Source: an uncultured Flavobacteriales bacterium
Lineage (GTDB): Bacteria; Bacteroidota; Bacteroidia; Flavobacteriales_D; Sanyastnellaceae
Assembly (NCBI GenBank): GCA_965661765.1
Contig: CBFIFE010000008.1
Coordinates: 5,737 to 69,736 of the forward strand
Length of the DNA: 64,000 nucleotides
Direction: 5' to 3'
This document shows positions 1 through 6,374 of this stretch, piece after piece (the stretch's first letter is position 1; each line of letters opens with the position of its first letter). The position numbers were made by a program, and so were the translations under genes. The notes under the pieces are model-generated. The model did not search any database. It had not been told where the DNA came from and was given only the letters and a program-made list of their open reading frames with translations.

Positions 1-221
1 AGGTCTTGGGCCGGATTTGTGAATCGGGGCCTGTCCGGCCAAGGCAGGTCGTCGCCATGGCTGTCGCCGATCAAAACCATGTCGTGTGCATGAACCCCTG
101 CGACGGACTCCAGGGCCAGGCGGTGTTGCAGGGCATGCACGCCGAGGGCCAGGAGGACCAGTGTGCCCAAGAGGAGCAGCGGGCGTTGGAAGGAATGGGT
201 TTGGTCTGAATGGTGGCCCAT
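1..221 (-). CDS. SGNH/GDSL-like protein, probable partner of the upstream MBOAT (5' part only; gene runs off the window start)
   Basis: Hand translation from ATG at 221-219 gives MGHHSDQTHSFQRPLLLLGTLVLLALGVHALQHRLALESVAGVHAHDMVLIGDSHGDDLPW. This is a hydrophobic anchor followed by a GDS(H) block. The start shares one nt with the MBOAT stop (TGATG at 223-219). Confidence 0.5.
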   Translation of the reverse strand, partial: MGHHSDQTHSFQRPLLLLGTLVLLALGVHALQHRLALESVAGVHAHDMVLIGDSHGDDLPWPDRPRFTNPAQD

Positions 222-1663
222 CAGAAGGCAAAATAGATGAACGTGGTCGCCTCGTTTCGCAAGGAAAATGCGAATGTCAAGATGATGAGCAAGGCCTCCG
301 GCCAAACCCAGCCCAGCCCCCGCCGCCACGGCCAACGCACACCATAGCGGAACAGCGACCATTCCAGCACCAGAAAGCCGACCAGTGCATAGGCGAACAG
401 CCGTTCGTCGGGTGCGCCCCAGAAGGAGCGGTAGGCTTCCCAGTTGCCGAGTCCTTGGCCCCACCGGGCCTTGATGTTGCTCAAGTAGGTGCTTGCAGCG
501 CTGAGGTTCTCAGCCCGGAAAAAGACCCAAGCCAGGCAAACCCAGAAAAAGGTCACCACCGCTCGCCAGCCATGCCGCCAGTCCCATTCATCGCCGAAGC
601 TTTTGTTGCGGCCGAGAAGGAAGATGGGCACAAACAGCGCCGCATGGATGCCCCCCCAAACCACAAAGGTCCAATTCGCACCGTGCCACAAGCCACTCAC
701 CAAGAACACCACGGCAATGTTGCGCAGGCTTTTCCATTTTCCGCCACGCGACCCGCCGAGGGGGATGTACAGGTAATCCCGGAACCAAGTGTTCAGGGAC
801 ACGTGCCATCGGCGCCAAAACTCCGCGACATTCCGCGAGAAATACGGGAAACGAAAGTTGCTGCGCAGGCGGATTCCGAAGAGCCGGCCGAGGCCGATGG
901 CGATGTCGCTGTATCCGCTGAAGTCCCCGTAGATCTGGAGGGCGAAGGCGATGACGCCGATCACGAGGACAGGGCCGGTGAAGGACTCTGGGCTGGCAAA
1001 GGCGGCATTGGCGTACCCGGCGGCGCTGTCGGCAATGACCACTTTTTTGAAGAGTCCATAGGCGATGAGGCGCAGGCCAATTTTGACCGCCGTTGGGGTC
1101 ACCGGGCGCAACCGCTGGAGCTGCGGGAGCAGCCGAGTCGCGCGTTCGATGGGCCCGGCGACGAGTTGCGGAAAGAAGGACACGTAAGCGGCAAACTCCA
1201 AGGGGTGGCGGCTGGCTTTGAGTTGCCCCCGGTAGACGTCGATGGTGTAGGAGAGGGTTTGGAACGTGTAGAAACTGATGCCGACAGGGAGAACAATCTC
1301 CAAGCTCGGTTTGTGCATCGTCACCCCAAGGCCTGCCCAGGCGTCCACCCAGCTTTCAACAAAAAATCCCGCGTATTTGAAGACGCCCAGCAGACCGAGG
1401 TTGACGAACAGCGAAGCGAACAAGGTCAGGCGGCGCTGGACAGCGCTGAGCCCCGGCCGTTCGAGGTGTCGGGCGATGAGAAAGTCCGTCGCTGTGGAGA
1501 CGATGATCAGGGAGAGAAAACGCCAATCCCACCACCCGTAAAACGTGTAGGAGGCGATGAGGAGCAGGAGGTTTTGGCCTTGAAGCCGATGCCGCAAAGG
1601 GCCATGGAACAGCAGCAAAACCACTGGAAGGAACACCCAAAAAATGCCCGAGGTGAACGACAT
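221..1663 (-). CDS. MBOAT family O-acyltransferase (AlgI/DltB-like)
   Basis: Multi-TM protein with MBOAT signatures: FWRRWHVSLNTWFRDYLYIPLGGSRGG, and LWHGANW carrying the conserved His. ATG at 1663 (MSFTSGIFWVF) chosen over the upstream ORF start at 1738. Confidence 0.9.
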   Translation of the reverse strand: MSFTSGIFWVFLPVVLLLFHGPLRHRLQGQNLLLLIASYTFYGWWDWRFLSLIIVSTATDFLIARHLERPGLSAVQRRLTLFASLFVNLGLLGVFKYAGFFVESWVDAWAGLGVTMHKPSLEIVLPVGISFYTFQTLSYTIDVYRGQLKASRHPLEFAAYVSFFPQLVAGPIERATRLLPQLQRLRPVTPTAVKIGLRLIAYGLFKKVVIADSAAGYANAAFASPESFTGPVLVIGVIAFALQIYGDFSGYSDIAIGLGRLFGIRLRSNFRFPYFSRNVAEFWRRWHVSLNTWFRDYLYIPLGGSRGGKWKSLRNIAVVFLVSGLWHGANWTFVVWGGIHAALFVPIFLLGRNKSFGDEWDWRHGWRAVVTFFWVCLAWVFFRAENLSAASTYLSNIKARWGQGLGNWEAYRSFWGAPDERLFAYALVGFLVLEWSLFRYGVRWPWRRGLGWVWPEALLIILTFAFSLRNEATTFIYFAF

Positions 1664-1722
1664 GGGCGGAAAATTACGACCGCTCGGCCGATTGCTCGAA
1701 AGAAACCTCCGAACTTCGTGGC

Positions 1723-2271
1723 ATGGAAAGCGATTCACGGGCGCTGTCTTGGCACAATGATCCGGTTCCGTTGGCTGATTGGCCGGCGTTGCGCGAGGAG
1801 TCTTTTGCGCCGCTGCCGCGGCGTTACCGACGATTGCGCATGATGCTGCTGGTGGTGCTGGCCGTGGCGCCGTCGGTGTTGGCGTTTCTGATCACCGGGC
1901 TGTGCGCTTGGTTCACGGATGGGTTTCGAATGCCTTGGTTGGCCGCTGGGGGGCCATCGGTGGTTTGGTCGCTTGTGATGAGCGGGGTGCTCTGGGCGGA
2001 GCGGCGTGCCTTTCCGCTGCGCGGGTATCTGCTCCGCGAGCACGATTTGACCTTCCGAAAGGGGTGGTTGTTCCGCAGCCGGGTGACCGTTCCATTCAAC
2101 CGGGTACAGCACAGCGAAGTGGTGCAAGGGCCGCTTCAGCGCTGGAAAAACCTCAGCACCCTCAAAATTTACACAGCTGGCTCATCGGGGGCGAACTTGA
2201 GCATCGCGGGGTTGGACGATGAGGTGGCCCAAATCTTGCGTCAGACCCTCAACGACCGCATCGGTGATTGA
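1723..2271 (+). CDS. PH-domain (bPH_2) membrane protein, YdbS-like
   Basis: Two TM helices followed by LTFRKGWLFRSRVTVPFNRVQHSEVVQGPLQRWKNLSTLKIYTAG, typical of the bacterial PH (YdbS/YdbT) fold. Confidence 0.75.
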   Translation: MESDSRALSWHNDPVPLADWPALREESFAPLPRRYRRLRMMLLVVLAVAPSVLAFLITGLCAWFTDGFRMPWLAAGGPSVVWSLVMSGVLWAERRAFPLRGYLLREHDLTFRKGWLFRSRVTVPFNRVQHSEVVQGPLQRWKNLSTLKIYTAGSSGANLSIAGLDDEVAQILRQTLNDRIGD

Positions 2272-3799
2272 CCTGAGCACACCACAACGGCAGCACATTG
2301 CGGGGTTGGTGATTTTTCTCGCCCTCAACATCGGCCGGACCATCCGGGCATTTTTCCCGATTCTCATCGCCCTGACCGTCGCGGAGAACACACGCCTGGC
2401 CATCGCGGCCGGAAGCATCGCACTGGGTGTTCTCGTGGTGGTGTTCACCGTGTTGGAATTTTTGCGCTTTCGCTACCATGTGGAAAAGGACAACGTGCTG
2501 GTGGTCACCCGCGGTGTGATCCGCCGCGAGCGCTTGGAGATCCCCTTCAGCCGAATTCAAGCGGTGCACTTGACCCGGTCGGTTCTCCAGCGGTTGATGG
2601 GGCTTACAGGTGTATCGATTGACACCGCGGGCAGTGCCGAAAGTGAGTTGCAAATTCGCGCCCTTCGATCCGCAGAAGCCCATGCCCTTCGTCAGCTTCT
2701 CAGCCCGCACCCCTCACACATCGCCCAGCCTGAAGCCGGTTCGACAGCCACGCGCACGCCTGCGCCCGGCTCCTCGGTTTTGTCAGCTTCGCCAACCGAG
2801 GCAGCGAGCGATCGGCCTTTGTTTGCCTTGTCGAGCCGCGACCTCCTGCGCATCGGGTTGACCATGAACCACTTCCGCAACGGGATGATTGCCTTTGGGG
2901 GCGTGGTGGGCCTCGGCGGCCAGGTGACCGATTTGATTGTGGGGCGCATTGAAGCCTTGCCAGCCTGGCAGGTCACGCTCTTCGGCCTGCTGAGCGGTCT
3001 GCTGTGGTTTGCGGGCATTTTCTTCTTCGCAGGCCTGGGCATTTTCATCAGCATGTTGCTGGCATGGGTGCAATTCCATGGGTTGCGGCTGACCTTGGCC
3101 GGTGATCGCTTGGAGCTGGCCTCGGGGTTGTTGAAGCGCAATGAATTTGCCATTTTGCTGCGCAAAGTCCAAATCCTGCGCTGGCGCAGCTCCTGGCTTC
3201 AGCGTGCTTTCGGCCTCGAGTCGTTGTCCATTTTGCAGGCACGCGCATCCTCCGAAGCGGACGAAAAAGCGGTCAAAATGGTGGTGCCCGGATTGCGTCC
3301 TGCAGATACGCGGGCCTTGTTGGCCATTTTCACTGACATCGACCCATCGAGTGCGGGATTTCGCGAAATCCGACCGATTCCCTTTCACTTGTGGTTGATG
3401 CGGTTTGCCTACGCCTTGCCGCTGGCTCTGCCGGCCCTCGCCCTCCTCACTTTGGCAGGGTGGACGATCTTGCCTTTGTTGTTGTTGGGCGCTGGTTTGC
3501 CTTTTGCTTGGCATGCGGGGCGCTGGGCGCATGAGGCCCGCATGGTTCGAACCGATGGTCATGTGGTTTGGGTTTATGAGGGTTGGTGGAACCAAACCCG
3601 GTCCTTCCTTCAACCCCATCAACTCCAACGCATCAGCGTCACGCAGCATTTCTTGCAATCGCGACGTGGTTCCGCCCACCTTCATCTGCACACCGCAGCA
3701 GGCACCTCCACTTTGCGCCACATTGATGCCCAAACGGCTCATGCCCTTGCCGACGAATTCCTCGCCCGGGTTGAGACCCACCGCGGACCTTGGATGTGA
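2264..3799 (+). CDS. YdbT-like membrane protein with three bPH_2 repeats
   Basis: Repeated motifs (IPFSRIQAVHLTRSVLQRLMGLTGVSIDTAG; ILLRKVQILRWRSSWLQRAFGLESLSI; LQRISVTQHFLQSRRGSAHLHLHTAAG) separated by TM pairs. A GTG at 2264 overlaps the ydbS-like stop by 8 nt. The ORF-track start at 2219 is also possible. Confidence 0.75.
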   Translation: MIDLSTPQRQHIAGLVIFLALNIGRTIRAFFPILIALTVAENTRLAIAAGSIALGVLVVVFTVLEFLRFRYHVEKDNVLVVTRGVIRRERLEIPFSRIQAVHLTRSVLQRLMGLTGVSIDTAGSAESELQIRALRSAEAHALRQLLSPHPSHIAQPEAGSTATRTPAPGSSVLSASPTEAASDRPLFALSSRDLLRIGLTMNHFRNGMIAFGGVVGLGGQVTDLIVGRIEALPAWQVTLFGLLSGLLWFAGIFFFAGLGIFISMLLAWVQFHGLRLTLAGDRLELASGLLKRNEFAILLRKVQILRWRSSWLQRAFGLESLSILQARASSEADEKAVKMVVPGLRPADTRALLAIFTDIDPSSAGFREIRPIPFHLWLMRFAYALPLALPALALLTLAGWTILPLLLLGAGLPFAWHAGRWAHEARMVRTDGHVVWVYEGWWNQTRSFLQPHQLQRISVTQHFLQSRRGSAHLHLHTAAGTSTLRHIDAQTAHALADEFLARVETHRGPWM

Positions 3800-3848
3800 A
3801 CGGGGACGGCTTCGCCCACGAGTTGGGACCGGAACGGCTTGCGGTAGG

Positions 3849-4631
3849 TCAAAGTTTGCCAAGCAACTTCTGGATTTCGAAGTTGAGGTCTTCTTCAGAG
3901 GTCAATTGCATCTTGCGACGAATCGATGAGCGCAAATTGTACAAGTAGCTGGGCGTGCAGCTCATGTGCTGAGCGATGGTGTTGACGGGCAGGTGTTGGG
4001 CGAGATGGCGGGCGAGCTCTTGTTCGGATTTTGTTAATGTATGCCAAATCTTCACATCCACAACCTCTGAATCGTCTTCCTGCCTTGCCTTGAATGCTCT
4101 CCACGCTTCACGCGCTGAATTCGTCCAATCTCCAGTACGGATCGCCTGCTGCAATCCCTGCCATTGTGGCAAAACTTGACGGTGGTTTTGCCGCTTGAGC
4201 CACGCGTACCCGCCTGCCAAAAGTATCCACATTAGGACTGCGAAACCGAACAAGAATTGCCACAACTGCCGCTCGGATGCCGTCATCAAGGCACGCGTTT
4301 GGGATGCATCGAGTGGAACGTTGAGGGATTGAGGAGCGTGGTTGTAGTCCTGGGTCAATGTAGGTTTAGACTGTTGGTAAAGGGACCACAGGGCACTATC
4401 TGACACCTGCGCCCAAGCGGGGCGTGTTTCGAAGGGCATCAGCGGTGCCTTCAAGGTGAGAGGGAGGTCTGGCCGTGGCGAATCTGGTGCCGCTTGCCAG
4501 GCAGCCACACCGTCGAGCCATTCTTGTTGCGCTTCGATTTCAATCCAGTGCATCAGCGAATCGGCTGGAGGTTGTGCGCCACCACATGCGAGGCAGTGGA
4601 TCATGCAGATGAGCAAAAATGCAAATTTCAT
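3849..4631 (-). CDS. Membrane-anchored LuxR-type HTH regulator (signal/lipoprotein-like N-terminus, one TM, C-terminal HTH)
   Basis: MKFAFLLICMIHCLACGG signal; TM helix LWQFLFGFAVLMWILLAGGYAWL; C-terminal LTKSEQELARHLAQHLPVNTIAQHMSCTPSYLYNLRSSIRRKMQL. ATG at 4631 overlaps the stop of the upstream gene (ATGA). Confidence 0.65.
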   Translation of the reverse strand: MKFAFLLICMIHCLACGGAQPPADSLMHWIEIEAQQEWLDGVAAWQAAPDSPRPDLPLTLKAPLMPFETRPAWAQVSDSALWSLYQQSKPTLTQDYNHAPQSLNVPLDASQTRALMTASERQLWQFLFGFAVLMWILLAGGYAWLKRQNHRQVLPQWQGLQQAIRTGDWTNSAREAWRAFKARQEDDSEVVDVKIWHTLTKSEQELARHLAQHLPVNTIAQHMSCTPSYLYNLRSSIRRKMQLTSEEDLNFEIQKLLGKL

Positions 4632-6190
4632 TTCAGGTTCGATTGCAGCCATTCATCGAGTTGGACTTCTTTGCGAAGGTTCAGCCGTTGCCGAATGTCC
4701 CGACGCGCTTGGTAGATGCGCTGCACTGAGAGATTTTCTGTGGTTGCGAGTTGCTTCGTGGTTTTTCCTTGTGCCAAACCCAGCGCCACCTTGCGTTCCA
4801 GCTCCGACCAATCCGCCATCAGTTCGTCGCTCAAGTCTTTTGCCTCGGTTGCGGATCGGGCCATCAGGACTTCAAACGCGGCAGCGGCCTTTCGGCGTTG
4901 AATTTGGGTCACGGATTCACCCTGGTTCTGTTTCGGGACGGCGGACTGGATCTGGTCCATCAAGAACGCAGGATCTCGACGCTGCATACGCCACTGTTGC
5001 CCAGGAACACTGCTGAAAATGGCTGCGGCAACCAGAACAGCAAGCCCCAAGGCGCCACAAGCGATCCATTTCCAGAGCGCGCCACCTGCAGCGGCGACAG
5101 CTGCATTGAGCGAATGTGCCTGCACAACTGGATCCTTGCAGCGGCCGATGTTCAGACCTTTCATGTCGAAAGGAAGCGGCGCAAGCGATCGCCACTGCGC
5201 CAACCAATTTTCTTGCGACTCAGGCGCCCCGGCGCCAAACAGTACAGAATTGACGCCTAAAGTGGCAGATTTGTCGGCCGCATTCAAGTCCGCCACCCAA
5301 CGATCGAAACGCGGACGCAAGGCCAGCGCTGTGGTTTCATCCCCAATCCATTGGAGGTATGCAGTGAGGATTTGGACGCCCACTGATTTGCGTTCCTCAA
5401 ACATGTCATTGCGCGGTTCCACATTCGCGAAGCACGACCTCGCCCGGATTTGATCGTCTAAAGCCATGCACACCTTCAATTCAGTCAGGTGAAGCATCTG
5501 CGAAGTGACGGTTGTCCAGGATGCATCCAAGCCATTCGCCTCAGCTTGTTGTACCCGTTCTTGGCCGTTTTGACACCACTGCAAGGCTTCTCCACAATGC
5601 CCCAATTCCAAGTGAAGTTCCGCCATGTTATTGAATCCCTCCGCATTCTGTTGCTCTGGGGCCAATTCCAAGGACATCATGAGTGCATCAATGGCATGTT
5701 GCGGCTCGCCCAACAATACCCAAGTTGAACTGAGTGCGATCCATGCCGAAGCGGCGTAGGACTGCGGGGAGTCCTCACTGAGTTCCACAGCGGTTTCAAA
5801 CCATAGCCTCGCCGCGTTCAAATTGTCCTTCCTGAACTCACAGATGCCGGCCAAATGCGCCAACATTCCGGTTTGCATGACACAACCGCTCTCGTGCTTT
5901 AAATCATCCAAAAAGGGCTCGTACGCATAGTTCTCGAGCATCACAGCTCCCTGTAGCATCATGTAAGTTGCCAGTTCCAAGCTGTCACAAGAGGACGTGT
6001 CCGAGTGACGCTGCCACAAGGCATCCCCCGTCGCAATGAGCGCTGTGGGGTTGTACTCAGCAGCGATGAGAGCCGAAGTCATCTGCTCGGCAAGGGAAAG
6101 GGAGGTGGACTGCCCCCACAAACCCTGGACACATGAAAACAAGCCGATTGCGGCCAGAAGACGAGACGTGAACAGTGCACTCCGAGACAT
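4628..6190 (-). CDS. Membrane-anchored TPR-like sensor with C-terminal LuxR-type HTH
   Basis: Signal peptide, about 370 aa of helical/TPR-like exo-domain, TM helix (ACGALGLAVLVAAAIFSSV), then LERKVALGLAQGKTTKQLATTENLSVQRIYQARRDIRQRLNL. Confidence 0.65.
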   Translation of the reverse strand: MSRSALFTSRLLAAIGLFSCVQGLWGQSTSLSLAEQMTSALIAAEYNPTALIATGDALWQRHSDTSSCDSLELATYMMLQGAVMLENYAYEPFLDDLKHESGCVMQTGMLAHLAGICEFRKDNLNAARLWFETAVELSEDSPQSYAASAWIALSSTWVLLGEPQHAIDALMMSLELAPEQQNAEGFNNMAELHLELGHCGEALQWCQNGQERVQQAEANGLDASWTTVTSQMLHLTELKVCMALDDQIRARSCFANVEPRNDMFEERKSVGVQILTAYLQWIGDETTALALRPRFDRWVADLNAADKSATLGVNSVLFGAGAPESQENWLAQWRSLAPLPFDMKGLNIGRCKDPVVQAHSLNAAVAAAGGALWKWIACGALGLAVLVAAAIFSSVPGQQWRMQRRDPAFLMDQIQSAVPKQNQGESVTQIQRRKAAAAFEVLMARSATEAKDLSDELMADWSELERKVALGLAQGKTTKQLATTENLSVQRIYQARRDIRQRLNLRKEVQLDEWLQSNLK

Positions 6191-6205
6191 TCCTTAAAAA
6201 AGTCC

Positions 6206-6213
6206 CAAAAATA
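6206..6213 (-). promoter_or_regulatory. Candidate Bacteroidota -7 promoter box (TATTTTTG) for the 6190-3849 regulator pair
   Basis: The reverse complement of CAAAAATA at 6206-6213 is TATTTTTG, which matches TAnnTTTG. It lies 16 nt upstream of the ATG at 6190. Confidence 0.35.
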
Positions 6214-6232
6214 GGTGTTCGCTCATATTTGG

Positions 6233-6293
6233 ATGTGTGATGCACTTCACAGCATGATGTGATAGGGTGTCAGATTCGTTGTGCATCACACAT
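6233..6293. promoter_or_regulatory. Perfect 13-bp inverted repeat (ATGTGTGATGCAC / GTGCATCACACAT) with a 35-bp spacer in a divergent promoter region
   Basis: 6233-6245 is the exact reverse complement of 6281-6293. It lies in the AT-rich 184-bp spacer between the starts at 6190 (-) and 6375 (+). Confidence 0.5.
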
Positions 6294-6374
6294 TTATTCA
6301 CGTGTTTTGAGGGAGGGCTGTGTTTGTCTCGTCGTTTCTTTGCGGGGTTAAGTCGAATAAATGCCCTCTTTCGC

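Noticed and set aside
86-1843. 585-aa + strand ORF covering the MBOAT locus
   Set aside because: It is antisense to a gene with unmistakable MBOAT motifs. The translation is Arg/Gly/Pro/Ala-rich low-complexity sequence, typical of shadow ORFs in GC-rich DNA.
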